64,000 nucleotides of DNA from Paludibacteraceae bacterium. GTDB lineage: Bacteria; Bacteroidota; Bacteroidia; Bacteroidales; Paludibacteraceae. The notes beneath the pieces were generated by a model that worked only from the letters and a program-made list of their open reading frames with translations, ran no database searches and had not been told where the DNA came from. A program made the translations under genes and the position numbers. Shown here one piece after another: positions 35,988-46,400 of the stretch. Position 1 is the first letter of the stretch, and the number at the start of each line of letters is the position of its first letter. The stretch lies in the NCBI GenBank assembly GCA_045124995.1, contig JBGVMY010000005.1, forward strand, positions 517 to 64,516, read 5' to 3'.

Positions 35988-36947
35988 ATGAAGCATCAAC
36001 TATATCTTGCCCCAATGGAGGATGTCACGGATCCTGCTTTTCGCCTGCTCTGCAAGCGATTTGGTGCGGCACGTGTATATACCGAGTTTGTGAATGCAGA
36101 TGCGCTGGTGCGCGATGTGGCATCAACTACGCGCAAGTTGCAAATTAGCGATGAGGAGCGTCCGGTGGCTATTCAGATCTATGGTCGAGACCCTGAGAGT
36201 ATGGCGGATGCAGCACGCATCGTGGAGCAAGCAAAGCCCGATTTTATCGATATTAACTTTGGTTGTCCAGTCAAAAAGGTGGCAGGCAAAGGAGCTGGTG
36301 CAGGTTTGTTGAAGGATATACCTAAGATGCTGGATATTACCCGTGCGGTGGTGAAAGCGGTGAATACCCCTGTGACAGTGAAGACGCGTCTGGGTTGGGA
36401 TGATAACAATCGTATTATTACCGAGATTGCTGAGCCATTGCAAGATTGTGGTATTAGGGAATTGGCGATTCATGGTCGTACACGTAGTCAGATGTACCGC
36501 GGAGATGCCGATTGGTCGTTGATTCGCGAGGTGAAGAACAATCCACGCATCCATATTCCGATTATTGGTAATGGTGATGTTACGACTCCAGAGCAGGCAA
36601 AGAAATGTTTCGATGAATTCGGGGTAGATGCTATTATGGTGGGTCGTGCTACATTTGGTTGTCCTTGGATTTTTGAGGATATGCAGCATTATTTGGCTAC
36701 GGGTGAATTGTTGCCACCACGTACGATGCAGTGGTGTGTGGAGATCTTGAAAGAGCATGTAGAGCGCAGTATAGAGTGGATTGGCGATGAGCGCAAGGGT
36801 ATTGTGCATAGCCGTCGCCATTTTGCGGCTTCGCCAGCGTTCAAGGGGTTGTTTGACTTCCGTCAAACGCGCATCGCGTTGCTTCGTGCCGACACCAAAG
36901 CCGAAGTATTTCAGATCATGGATGATATTGTTGGTAGGTGGGGGTAG
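35988..36947 (+). CDS. dusB: tRNA dihydrouridine synthase
   Basis: ..LAPMEDVTD.., ..DINFGCP.. and ..HGRTR.. motifs. Confidence 0.9.
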   Translation: MKHQLYLAPMEDVTDPAFRLLCKRFGAARVYTEFVNADALVRDVASTTRKLQISDEERPVAIQIYGRDPESMADAARIVEQAKPDFIDINFGCPVKKVAGKGAGAGLLKDIPKMLDITRAVVKAVNTPVTVKTRLGWDDNNRIITEIAEPLQDCGIRELAIHGRTRSQMYRGDADWSLIREVKNNPRIHIPIIGNGDVTTPEQAKKCFDEFGVDAIMVGRATFGCPWIFEDMQHYLATGELLPPRTMQWCVEILKEHVERSIEWIGDERKGIVHSRRHFAASPAFKGLFDFRQTRIALLRADTKAEVFQIMDDIVGRWG

Positions 36948-37000
36948 ATTGTTTGGCTTGATTTTTGTGGGGAATAGAAAAACCTCTAAACAACAAAGCT

Positions 37001-37243
37001 ATGATCGAAACGATTATTACACAAAACGAGATTCAAGCCGTAGAGAACGGTAAATTGGTCGGAAAAATAGAGTTTTCATTGTCAGAAAATCAGCTGTCGA
37101 TCCTACATACCTATGCCTATGAGAGTGGGCGAGGTATAGGAACATTACTAATGAAAAGTGCGTTGAAATGGGCAGAAACCAATCATTACACCGTGAATGC
37201 GGTGTGCTCGTTTGCGCAGCGTTATATGGCATCTAAGTCATAG
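37001..37243 (+). CDS. small GNAT-family N-acetyltransferase (YjdJ-like)
   Basis: 80 aa with ..HTYAYESGRGIGTLLM... The start is taken at the internal ATG. Confidence 0.6.
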   Translation: MIETIITQNEIQAVENGKLVGKIEFSLSENQLSILHTYAYESGRGIGTLLMKSALKWAETNHYTVNAVCSFAQRYMASKS

Positions 37244-37265
37244 TCCGCAGAGCCTATATAGAGGG

Positions 37266-37634
37266 CTACACTACCTCTTTGCCAAATGGGATGACGGAAG
37301 CTAAGGCAAGCTTGAAATGTTGCAGCCCCCAAGGGATTCCCACGATGGTGCAACAGAGGATCAGACCAAACGTTACATGCGTAAGTGCAATCTCCCACCA
37401 GCCAAATAATATCCAAAGGATATTAAACACCACCTGCATGCAGCAAGCATCTTTGCCTGTGGGTACTAGGTCGTGGCCGAAAGGCCAAAGGGCCAACAGC
37501 CCAATCTTAAAGAGCTGTACGCCAAAAGGAATACCAACGATAGTGAGACACATCAATAGCCCTGCGATCCAATATAGGATGGCAGTGAGCAGTCCGCCCA
37601 AGATTAGCCAAACGAGATTACCAAGAAATTTCAT
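37266..37634 (-). CDS. yccF: YccF-domain inner membrane protein
   Basis: Duplicated ..IVGIPFG.. / ..IVGIPWG.. motifs. The ATG at 37634 lies downstream of the promoter element. Confidence 0.8.
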   Translation of the reverse strand: MKFLGNLVWLILGGLLTAILYWIAGLLMCLTIVGIPFGVQLFKIGLLALWPFGHDLVPTGKDACCMQVVFNILWILFGWWEIALTHVTFGLILCCTIVGIPWGLQHFKLALASVIPFGKEVV

Positions 37635-37655
37635 AAAAACACGCAATTTACATCG

Positions 37656-37663
37656 CAAAGGTA
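37656..37663 (-). promoter_or_regulatory. -7 element for yccF
   Basis: The minus strand reads TAccTTTG. The -33 element is unclear. Confidence 0.45.
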
Positions 37664-37735
37664 GTGATAATTTTCCAAATATGGTAAAATGGACTGAGCA
37701 AAGTTGTACTTTTTGCAAGTTTTTCGCGCATGCGC

Positions 37736-37766
37736 TTGCGTATGTGAGAAAAAAGTAGTACTTTTG
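37736..37766 (+). promoter_or_regulatory. promoter for typA-tig..
   Basis: CTTGCGTATGTG (TTG at 37736-37738), a 20-nt spacer, then TActTTTG (37759-37766). Confidence 0.65.
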
Positions 37767-37843
37767 CAGGCTTTTTGATAATTTGCCTCTGTGTGCGCGT
37801 ACGAGAACGCGCGGAGAGAAGGCAGAAAAACAACAAAACGACT

Positions 37844-39643
37844 ATGCAAAAGATACGAAATATAGCTATCATCGCACACGTGGACCACGGCAAAACGACC
37901 TTGGTCGATAAGATGCTGTACACTGCTAATCTCTTCCGCGAGAACGAGCAGAAGGGCGAGTTGATCCTCGACAACAACGAGTTGGAGCGCGAACGCGGTA
38001 TCACCATCTTGGCAAAGAACGTGGCGATTGAGTACAAGGGTTACAAAATCAATGTGATAGACACTCCAGGCCACGCGGACTTTGGTGGTGAGGTAGAGCG
38101 CGTGTTGAACATGGCAGACGGTGTGCTGCTGTTGGTGGATGCCTTCGAAGGTCCTATGCCACAGACACGCTTCGTGCTGCAAAAAGCATTGGAGATGAAC
38201 CTCAAACCTATCGTAGTAATCAACAAAGTTGATAAACTCAACTGCCGTCCAGACGAGGTGCAAGAGGAGGTCTTTGACCTGATGTGCAACTTGGATGCGA
38301 CTGAGGATCAGTTAGACTTCCATACGCTGTATGGCTCTGCCAAGAACGGCTGGATGTCCACCGATTGGCACAATCCAACCACCGACCTCACCGCGCTGAT
38401 GGACGCTATCATCGAGTATATCCCTGCGCCACAAGTATTGGAGGGTACGCCGCAGTTGCTTATCACCAGTCTGGACTACAACCCATACATGGGTCGTATC
38501 GCAGTGGGTCGCGTGCATCGCGGTGCGTTGCGCAATGGTCAGGCTGTGACACTCGCCAAGAAAGATGGCAGCATGGTCAAGACCAAGATCAAAGAGTTGC
38601 ATACCTTCTCGGGCATGGGTCGCGCGAAAGTGGACGAAGTGAAGTCGGGCGACATCTGTGCATTGGTGGGTATTGATGGCTTTGAGATTGGCGATACCAT
38701 CTGCGACATCGAGACACCAGAGGCATTGAAGCCAATCGCTATTGACGAGCCAACGATGTCGATGGTCTTCACCATTAACGACTCGCCATTCTTCGGTCAA
38801 GACGGCAAATATGTGACTTCGCGCCATATCCAAGAGCGTTTGGACAAGGAGCTGGAGAAGAACCTCGCCTTGCGCGTGGAGCGCGGAACGGATGAGAACT
38901 CATGGAACGTATTCGGTCGTGGTGTGCTACACTTGAGCGTGTTGGTAGAGACCATGCGCCGCGAGGGATATGAGTTGCAAGTGGGACAACCACAAGTAAT
39001 CATCAAAGAGATTGATGGTGTGAAGTGCGAGCCTGTAGAGCAGCTGACGGTAAACACACCAGAGGAGTGCTCGGGCAAGATCATCGAATATGTATCCACT
39101 CACAAGGGCGAGATGACCCGCATGGAAATGGTGAACGACCGTGTGCAACTGGAGTTCACAATCCCAAGCCGTGGTATCATCGGTATGCGTACCTATGTGC
39201 TGAACGTATCGGCAGGCGAGGCGATTATGGCGCACCGCTTCTTGGAGTTCCAACCCTACAAGGGCGAGATCGTGAAGCGCAACAATGGTTCGCTCATCGC
39301 GATGGAGTCGGGTACAGCGTATGCGTATGCGCTGGATAAACTGCAAGACCGTGGTCGATTCTTCATCTCACCACAAGACGAGGTGTATGCAGGTCAAGTG
39401 GTAGGCGAGAGCTCGAAAGAGGGTGACATTGTAATCAATGTGACCAAGTCGAAGAAACTGACCAACATGCGAAGCAAGTCGGCGGATGACAAAGCAGTAT
39501 TGCCACCACCAGTAATCTTCTCGTTGGAGGAGGCATTGGAGTATATCAAGGAGGATGAGTATGTAGAGGTAACGCCAAACTTCATGCGTATCCGCAAGAT
39601 TATCCTCGATGAATTGGAGAGAAAACGTGCAAATAAAAACTAA
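37844..39643 (+). CDS. typA: translational GTPase TypA/BipA
   Basis: G-domain motifs [14 protein letters not shown] and NKVD. The start is the internal ATG after the promoter. Confidence 0.95.
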   Translation: MQKIRNIAIIAHVDHGKTTLVDKMLYTANLFRENEQKGELILDNNELERERGITILAKNVAIEYKGYKINVIDTPGHADFGGEVERVLNMADGVLLLVDAFEGPMPQTRFVLQKALEMNLKPIVVINKVDKLNCRPDEVQEEVFDLMCNLDATEDQLDFHTLYGSAKNGWMSTDWHNPTTDLTALMDAIIEYIPAPQVLEGTPQLLITSLDYNPYMGRIAVGRVHRGALRNGQAVTLAKKDGSMVKTKIKELHTFSGMGRAKVDEVKSGDICALVGIDGFEIGDTICDIETPEALKPIAIDEPTMSMVFTINDSPFFGQDGKYVTSRHIQERLDKELEKNLALRVERGTDENSWNVFGRGVLHLSVLVETMRREGYELQVGQPQVIIKEIDGVKCEPVEQLTVNTPEECSGKIIEYVSTHKGEMTRMEMVNDRVQLEFTIPSRGIIGMRTYVLNVSAGEAIMAHRFLEFQPYKGEIVKRNNGSLIAMESGTAYAYALDKLQDRGRFFISPQDEVYAGQVVGESSKEGDIVINVTKSKKLTNMRSKSADDKAVLPPPVIFSLEEALEYIKEDEYVEVTPNFMRIRKIILDELERKRANKN

Positions 39644-39657
39644 TAACAAAATACATT

Positions 39658-40992
39658 ATGCAAATTAATCAATCAGAAATCAAAGACCTCACCGCAGTGA
39701 TCACGATGACCGTGGAGCCTGCAGACTACCAAGAGGCAGTTCAAAAAGAACTTATCAACATTCGTAAGAAAGCAAACATCCCTGGCTTCCGTCCTGGTAT
39801 GGCACCAAAGGGTATGTTGCAAAAGATGTACGGCAAGAGCATCCTCGCAGAGGTGATCAACAAAACCATCGGCGAGAATCTCAACAAGTACATCGATGAG
39901 CAAAAACTCAATCTCCTCGGCGATCCATTGCCAAATGAGGAGCTCACTCCAGAGGTAAACTTCGACACACAAGACACCTTCACTTTCTGCTTTGACATTG
40001 CTGTGGCTCCAGAGTTCGACGCATTGCTCAACGGCAAGAACAAACTCACCCAATACACCATCACCGTTACCGATGAGATGGTAGAGAACCAAGTGCAAAG
40101 CTATGCACAACGCTTTGGCGACTATGTGGACGCTGAGGATGTGCAAGAGGGCGACATCGTAAAGGGTCTCATCACCGAGCAAAAAGAGAACGGTATTGTG
40201 AAGGAGAACGGTATCCTCAACCCACAATACATGAAGGATGCAGAGCAAGCTAAATTGTTTGCTGGTGCAAAGAAGGGCGATATTATCACCTTCAACCCTA
40301 TGAAGGCATTCGGTAGCGAGGTAGAGGTTAGCTCTATGCTCGGTATCAGCAAGGAGGAGGCAAAAGAATTGACCTCTGACTTCACTTTCGAGATTCAAGT
40401 GATTACCCGTCACCAAGCAGCTGCTATTGATGGTGAGTTGTTTGCTAAGGTTTACGGTGAGAACAATGTAGCTGACGAGGCTGACTTCCGCGCACGCATC
40501 AAAGCGGAGATTGAGCAAAACATGGCTGAGGACGCTAAGTACAAGTTCGGTTTGGATGCTAAAGAGGCTGTAATGAAGAAAATGGCTAAGGTTGAGTTCC
40601 CAGAGGCATTCCTCAAACGCTGGGTGAAAGCTACCAACGAGAAGATGACTGAGGAGGAACTCGAGAAAGATTTCCCAGCTATGGTGGACGAGCTCCGTTG
40701 GCACTTGGCGAAAGACCAATTGGCTAAGCACTTCAACATCCAAGTAGAGAAAGAGGATGTAGAGGCATATGCGAAAGAGGTGGCTCGTATGCAATTCATG
40801 CAATACGGTTTGATGCACGTAGAGGATAGCTACTTGGCTAACTACGCAGAGCAAATGCTCAAGGATGAGAAGCAACTCCGTGGTATCGTTGAGCGCGTAG
40901 CTGAGAATAAGATTTATGCTGCACTCAAGGGCGTAGCAAAGATTGAGGAGAAAGAGATCAGCCACGAGGACTTCGGCAAACTCTTCGCGTAA
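39658..40992 (+). CDS. tig: trigger factor
   Basis: 444 aa with the N-terminal ribosome-binding region ..IPGFRPGMAPKG... Confidence 0.9.
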   Translation: MQINQSEIKDLTAVITMTVEPADYQEAVQKELINIRKKANIPGFRPGMAPKGMLQKMYGKSILAEVINKTIGENLNKYIDEQKLNLLGDPLPNEELTPEVNFDTQDTFTFCFDIAVAPEFDALLNGKNKLTQYTITVTDEMVENQVQSYAQRFGDYVDAEDVQEGDIVKGLITEQKENGIVKENGILNPQYMKDAEQAKLFAGAKKGDIITFNPMKAFGSEVEVSSMLGISKEEAKELTSDFTFEIQVITRHQAAAIDGELFAKVYGENNVADEADFRARIKAEIEQNMAEDAKYKFGLDAKEAVMKKMAKVEFPEAFLKRWVKATNEKMTEEELEKDFPAMVDELRWHLAKDQLAKHFNIQVEKEDVEAYAKEVARMQFMQYGLMHVEDSYLANYAEQMLKDEKQLRGIVERVAENKIYAALKGVAKIEEKEISHEDFGKLFA

Positions 40993-41005
40993 ATAAATTG
41001 TAGCG

Positions 41006-42334
41006 ATGCGTATACATTTTATCGCAATAGGTGGTGCCGCCATGCACAATTTGGCTATGGCGGTGGCTACCAAAGCAGGATATGTGGTGACAGGGTCGGA
41101 CGATGAGATCTTCGACCCTGCACGCACACATCTGGAGCAGGCAGGTCTGCTACCAGAGGAAATGGGTTGGCACCCTGAGAAGATAACATCGGACATTGAT
41201 GCTATTATATTAGGTATGCACGCGCGCGAGGACAATCCCGAGTTAGTGCGCGCACGCGAGTTGGGAATCAAGATCTACTCCTTCCCCGAGTACCTCTACG
41301 AGCAGACCAAAGATAAGATACGCATTGTCGTAGGTGGTAGCCATGGCAAGACAACCACCACCTCCATGATTCTCTATGTCTTGCAACACTTGGGCATCGA
41401 AGCCGACTATATGGTAGGTGCTCAGATTGAGGGCTTTGAACGCATGGTGCGCTTGTCCGACACAGCTAAGTATGCGGTGTTTGAGGGCGATGAGTACTTG
41501 ACTTCGCCACTGGATTTGCGCTCAAAATTCTTGTGGTATCACCCTCATGTAGCGATACTCACGGGTATTGCTTGGGATCATATCAATGTATTCCCAACCT
41601 TTGAAGGCTATGTAGATACATTCCGTAAATTCGTCGATGGAATCGAAGAAAATGGCACCTTTATCTACTACAAGCACGACCCCAACCTTTGCCAGATTGC
41701 TACCAACGCACGCGCTGATATCCAACAGTTGCCATACGAGGCATACTGTGGAGAGGTGGCAATGAGGATTTTTGGTCGGCACAATATGGAGAACTTGCAA
41801 GCTGCGGCATTGGCATGCGAGCAGATTGGCGTGAAGACAGAGGATTTCTACCGCACGATTTCTACCTTTACTGGTGCAAGCAATCGTTTGGAATTTATCG
41901 ATGAAATCGGCACAAATGTGGCATACAAGGACTTCGCCCACTCGCCAAGCAAACTCCGTGCAACGGTGAATGCGGTACGCGAACGCTACCCAGAAAAGAC
42001 TTTGGTCGCATGTATGGAGTTGCACACATTCTCTAGTTTGATGGCAGACTTCTTGCCTCAATACGAGGGCTGTATGCAGAATGCGGATGTGGCGTATGTA
42101 TATTTCAATCCAAAGGTTTTGGAGCACAAGAAACTGGCTCCTATCTCTGCGGAAGAGGTACGCAAAGCGTTTGGCACAGAAAATGTAGAGGTGTTTACTG
42201 ACAGCCAACTGCTGCAAGATCGCCTCCGTGCACATAAGTACGAAAATACTGCATTGTTGATGATGACTTCGGGCAATTTTGATGGTATCAACATTCCCGA
42301 TTTTGCTCGACAATTGCTCAACCATACTAAATAA
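41006..42334 (+). CDS. mpl: Mur-ligase family protein, Mpl-like (UDP-MurNAc:tripeptide ligase)
   Basis: ..GGSHGKTTTTSM.. P-loop and the N-terminal MurC/Mpl-type Rossmann domain. Confidence 0.75.
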   Translation: MRIHFIAIGGAAMHNLAMAVATKAGYVVTGSDDEIFDPARTHLEQAGLLPEEMGWHPEKITSDIDAIILGMHAREDNPELVRARELGIKIYSFPEYLYEQTKDKIRIVVGGSHGKTTTTSMILYVLQHLGIEADYMVGAQIEGFERMVRLSDTAKYAVFEGDEYLTSPLDLRSKFLWYHPHVAILTGIAWDHINVFPTFEGYVDTFRKFVDGIEENGTFIYYKHDPNLCQIATNARADIQQLPYEAYCGEVAMRIFGRHNMENLQAAALACEQIGVKTEDFYRTISTFTGASNRLEFIDEIGTNVAYKDFAHSPSKLRATVNAVRERYPEKTLVACMELHTFSSLMADFLPQYEGCMQNADVAYVYFNPKVLEHKKLAPISAEEVRKAFGTENVEVFTDSQLLQDRLRAHKYENTALLMMTSGNFDGINIPDFARQLLNHTK

Positions 42335-42352
42335 TGCTCAAATAACACTCCT

Positions 42353-42784
42353 ATGGACAAACAAACTCAACGTGACTACCTCTATATGCGCATGGCGCGT
42401 ACATGGTCAGAAAACAGCTACTGCGTTCGCCGCAAAGTGGGCGCGATATTGGTAAAGGACCAAATGATTATCTCTGATGGTTACAACGGCACTCCAAGTG
42501 GCTTTGAGAATATCTGCGAGGATGATAACAATGTGTCTAAGCCATACGTTTTGCACGCTGAAGCCAATGCTTTGACCAAGGTAGCACGCAGCAACAATAG
42601 CAGCGAAGGAGCAACTCTGTATGTAACCGCTTCGCCATGTATGGAGTGCGCGAAACTGATTATCCAATCGGGTATCAAACGCGTGGTGTATGGCGAGAAA
42701 TATCGCATCATGGACGGCGTAGAACTTCTGGAGCGTGCAGGTGTGCAAGTGGATTTTATGCCAGATCAAGAGGAAGCTAAATAG
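42353..42784 (+). CDS. comEB: deoxycytidylate (dCMP) deaminase
   Basis: HAEANAL and PCMECAKLI zinc motifs. Confidence 0.9.
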   Translation: MDKQTQRDYLYMRMARTWSENSYCVRRKVGAILVKDQMIISDGYNGTPSGFENICEDDNNVSKPYVLHAEANALTKVARSNNSSEGATLYVTASPCMECAKLIIQSGIKRVVYGEKYRIMDGVELLERAGVQVDFMPDQEEAK

Positions 42785-42850
42785 CTGAAGATAAGCCGAA
42801 GATAAGCTGAGGATAGCTTAGTCAAAGATTAACCAACCCTTAACAAATAA
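42785..42850. repeat. 11-bp periodic tandem array ending at the ctp start
   Basis: CTGAAGATAAG CCGAAGATAAG CTGAGGATAGC TTAGTCAAAGA TTAACCAACCC TTAACAAATAA. Confidence 0.8.
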
Positions 42851-42854
42851 TAGT

Positions 42855-44468
42855 ATGAAAAAGTATTTATTTCCCACATTGACCATTGCCTGTCTGCTGA
42901 TAGGCTTCCTTATTGGAAATGCTGTTTCCAATAAGGTGAATGCGCAACGCTTCTATATTCAAAATGGTCAATTGTTTTCTCAGCCCGAGTCGAAGATTGA
43001 TCAACTATTGCAGTTGATGAACCAAGCTTATGTGGACCCTATCAATGTAGATAGTATCACCGATGATGTGATGATGGAGCTCGTGAAGCGCCTTGACCCA
43101 CACTCTGCGTATATTCCCAAAGAGGATTTGGAGATGGTGAACTCGGAGCTTTCTGCCTCTTTCTCGGGTATTGGCGTACAGTTTTCTATCCAAAATGACA
43201 CTGTTCAAGTAGTATCAGTAATCTCGGGTGGTCCATCAGAGGGCATCGGTGTGTTGGCAGGCGATAAGATCGTGTCGGTTAACGACTCTGTTTTCACGGG
43301 CAAGACCGTGACCAACGAGCGCGTGATGCACGCTTTGCGTGGTCCAGAAGGTACGCAGGTAACTATTGGTGTAGTACGTAGTGGTACTCCTGAGGTATTA
43401 TCCTTTACCATTACTCGTGGTAAGATACCAGTATATTCGGTAGATGCGAAGTTTATTATCGAAGAGAAGGGCGAAAAGATTGGTTTTGTGCGTGTAAATC
43501 GCTTTGGTGAGAACACTTACAACGAGTTTATGGCGGCATTGACTTCGCTCAAGGGACAAGGTGCTACTGCTTATATTGTAGACTTGCGTGAAAACTCAGG
43601 TGGCTATATGGATCAAGCCATCAAGATGGCGAATGAGTTTTTAGAGAAGGGTGACTTGATTGTGTATTCCGAAGGTCGTGCATATCCTCGTTTTGATGCG
43701 AGAGCGAATGGTTCGGGTCGATTCCAACGCGATTCGTTGGTGGTATTAATAGACAATTTCTCAGCTTCTGCCAGCGAAATCTTTGCAGGAGCGATGCAGG
43801 ACAACGACCGTGCGACTATCATCGGACGCCGTTCGTTTGGTAAAGGATTGGTGCAACAGCAGATACCATTTATGGATGGTAGTGCAGTGCGCTTGACGGT
43901 GGCACGTTATTATACACCATCGGGTCGTTGCATCCAGAAGCCATATAAGTTGGGCGAAGGCGAAGACTATGCGATGGACTTGATTGAGCGCTTTGAGCAT
44001 GGTGAGTTTTATTCGGCAGATAGTGTACAAATCGCCGATTCCACCGTGTATTATACCAAGAAAGGTCGTATCGTGAGAGGTGGTGGTGGTATCATGCCAG
44101 ATGTATTTGTGGGTCGTGATACCACATTGTACACTCCATACTTCAATATTGTAGTCAATCGTGCATACACCTATCAGTTTGCGTATCAATATACCGACCG
44201 TCATCGCAAAGAGCTGAGCCAATACAAAGACTGGCAATCGTTGGAGAAACACTTGCTGAAAGCCAATTGGCTGCCTGAGTTTGTAGCATTTGCCAAGGAG
44301 AAAGGGGTAGAGCCAAACCCCGAGCAGTTGGCAAAGTCCAAACCATTGTTGGTGCGATTGGTGAATGCCTATATTGTTCGCAATATCTTGAACGATGAAG
44401 GCTTCTTCCCACTTTTCGAACGCGACGATGATGTGACAAAAGAGGCTGTGAAAGTATTAACTCAATAA
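42855..44468 (+). CDS. ctp: S41 family C-terminal processing peptidase
   Basis: PDZ domain region and the S41 catalytic block ..NSGGY.. / ..SASASEIFAGA.. / ..SFGKGLVQ... Confidence 0.9.
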   Translation: MKKYLFPTLTIACLLIGFLIGNAVSNKVNAQRFYIQNGQLFSQPESKIDQLLQLMNQAYVDPINVDSITDDVMMELVKRLDPHSAYIPKEDLEMVNSELSASFSGIGVQFSIQNDTVQVVSVISGGPSEGIGVLAGDKIVSVNDSVFTGKTVTNERVMHALRGPEGTQVTIGVVRSGTPEVLSFTITRGKIPVYSVDAKFIIEEKGEKIGFVRVNRFGENTYNEFMAALTSLKGQGATAYIVDLRENSGGYMDQAIKMANEFLEKGDLIVYSEGRAYPRFDARANGSGRFQRDSLVVLIDNFSASASEIFAGAMQDNDRATIIGRRSFGKGLVQQQIPFMDGSAVRLTVARYYTPSGRCIQKPYKLGEGEDYAMDLIERFEHGEFYSADSVQIADSTVYYTKKGRIVRGGGGIMPDVFVGRDTTLYTPYFNIVVNRAYTYQFAYQYTDRHRKELSQYKDWQSLEKHLLKANWLPEFVAFAKEKGVEPNPEQLAKSKPLLVRLVNAYIVRNILNDEGFFPLFERDDDVTKEAVKVLTQ

Positions 44469-44515
44469 TAAATCCCCGATTTCAACGTAATAATGAATCC
44501 CCGATTTCAACGCAT
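44466..44515. repeat. 25-bp tandem duplication spanning the yihY start codon
   Basis: TAATAAATCCCCGATTTCAACG (44466-44487) and TAATGAATCCCCGATTTCAACG (44491-44512). The ATG of copy 2 corresponds to ATA in copy 1. Confidence 0.85.
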
Positions 44516-45806
44516 ACGCGAGTTTATCCAGTACGATCTCTGGCGTCAGCCAGATATGACTGTGTATGATCCAAAGAAACGCTTGTGGTATCGCATCTTG
44601 CAAACAATCATCTTAGTGGCACGTGGATTTAAGGATAAAGCATTGAATGTGCGTGCAAATTCATTGTCGTTCTCGTTGTTGTTCGCTTTTGTGCCTATAG
44701 TAGCGGGTGTCTTTGCTATCGCTCGTGGTTTTGGTTTTGAAGAGTTGCTAAAAGAGCGTATCTCAAGCAGTTTTTTAGCAGAAGCGAATATCGCTCCAAC
44801 GATGATAGAGTGGGTAGAACGATATCTGGAAACTGCCCGTGATGGTTTGTTTTTGGGTATCGGTTTGATTGTGCTGATTTGGGCGGTGTATGCATTCTTC
44901 AATATGTTGGAACGCTCGTTTAATACGATTTGGGATGTGAAGCAATCGCGTTCGTTTGGCAGACGATTGACCAATTATATGGTGGTGCTGTTGTTGGTAC
45001 CAATTATGATCATCTTGACATCGGGTATATCTATTTTCTTCAACTCAATGGCTACGATATCACCTGTATGGCAGGCGATTGAACCTATTCGACGTGTATT
45101 GCTGCGATTAGTGCCATTTGTGGTGGCTTCGGGTGTGTTTACATGGATATTCTTCGCAATTCCTAATACGAAGGTGCGTTTTGTGTCGGCAGTGATACCT
45201 GGTGTGCTGATGGGCGTGCTGTTCCAAGTGGTGCAGATGTTTAGCGTATATCTGGTGGTGATGTTTACCCGTATGAGTGTAGTATATGGTGCGTTCTCGG
45301 CTATCCCGTTGATATTGATATGGTTGCACATCACCTGTTGGTTGCTGCTGGTGGGAGCGGAATTGGCATTCGCTATTCAGAATAATGAGATGTTTGCCTA
45401 TGAAAAGGACTTGCAGACAATGTCACGTCGCTATAAAGATTATGTGATGTTGTATTTGTTGTCGGTGATTGTCAAACGTTTTGAGCAAGGTGAGCAGCCA
45501 CAAACAGCGCAAGAGATGGCAGCCCAGAATCAGTTGCCTATTCGCTTGGTACACCAACTATTGACGCGTTTGGAGGAAACGGATATTGTACGTCGTGTGT
45601 ATGTGGAGCAAGAAGAGGATGAAACCTATGTACCAGCAATGGACACGCGTTTGCTGACAGTAGAGATGGTGATAGGTCGTATCTCGGCACAAGGAACAGA
45701 GGAGTTTTTGCAACATACTCCACAAGAGATGCAAGTGTTTTGGCAACGCTATCTACAGATGTGCAAGGATAATCGTGCAGATGATATTTTGGTGGGAGAA
45801 TTATAG
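44493..45806 (+). CDS. YihY/BrkB family membrane protein
   Basis: Six TM helices in the YihY pattern, plus a C-terminal soluble extension. Confidence 0.8.
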   Translation: MNPRFQRIREFIQYDLWRQPDMTVYDPKKRLWYRILQTIILVARGFKDKALNVRANSLSFSLLFAFVPIVAGVFAIARGFGFEELLKERISSSFLAEANIAPTMIEWVERYLETARDGLFLGIGLIVLIWAVYAFFNMLERSFNTIWDVKQSRSFGRRLTNYMVVLLLVPIMIILTSGISIFFNSMATISPVWQAIEPIRRVLLRLVPFVVASGVFTWIFFAIPNTKVRFVSAVIPGVLMGVLFQVVQMFSVYLVVMFTRMSVVYGAFSAIPLILIWLHITCWLLLVGAELAFAIQNNEMFAYEKDLQTMSRRYKDYVMLYLLSVIVKRFEQGEQPQTAQEMAAQNQLPIRLVHQLLTRLEETDIVRRVYVEQEEDETYVPAMDTRLLTVEMVIGRISAQGTEEFLQHTPQEMQVFWQRYLQMCKDNRADDILVGEL

Positions 45807-46400
45807 GTAAATCAGATATCCTGCAACACCCGCTAAGATAATTAGTAGAATAGGGTGTGAGATAATACGGAGTGCGGACTTTAGCCAGTTCGCGCTCTTT
45901 TTTATGAATAGGGGCAATATCGTTAGCAGACACACTATGCCGAAGATTACCCAACTTTTCCAATCAATGAAACTCACCGATGGTTGTCCCATAGGTCGAA
46001 TCAGCAGCAGGGCTGCGGCTGCAATCATACCCAATACCGAAAGGCGCAAAGTGTGCATGGTGCGGGTGAAGTAGATATTGTGCTGAAAGCGGGTACTGAT
46101 GATGAAATATACTTTACAAATGGATAGCATGATAATTAGGCTGGGAATGACTATTGCCGTGGTGGCAAGTAGACTTCCCCACACATTTCCCGTGGCTGTG
46201 TAGCCCACATAAGTGGCGCAGTTGATGCCAATAGGTCCTGGGGTTACTTGGCTAATAGCAAGAATATCTACAAACTCCTCTTGTGTCATCCAACCGTGTA
46301 TCTCTACCTCGTGCTGAATCAGCGAGAAAATCGCCAATCCACCGCCAAAACCGAAGAGGCCGATCTTTAGGAAACTCAGAAACAACTGCAAGTAAATCAT
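45801..46400 (-). CDS. chrA: chromate transporter (CHR) half-size subunit
   Basis: ..LKIGLFGFGGGLA..ISQVTPGP... The ATG at 46400 overlaps the upstream stop (ATGA). Confidence 0.85.
   Translation of the reverse strand: MIYLQLFLSFLKIGLFGFGGGLAIFSLIQHEVEIHGWMTQEEFVDILAISQVTPGPIGINCATYVGYTATGNVWGSLLATTAIVIPSLIIMLSICKVYFIISTRFQHNIYFTRTMHTLRLSVLGMIAAAALLLIRPMGQPSVSFIDWKSWVIFGIVCLLTILPLFIKKSANWLKSALRIISHPILLIILAGVAGYLIYL

Noticed and set aside
39673-41271. 532-aa ORF on the minus strand, the longest unassigned ORF in the track.
   Set aside because: It is entirely antisense to tig and the 5' part of mpl, both of which carry clear family signatures. Its product is low-complexity (Leu/His/Val/Cys-rich) with no motif. 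It is a typical shadow frame of a GAG/GAA-rich gene.
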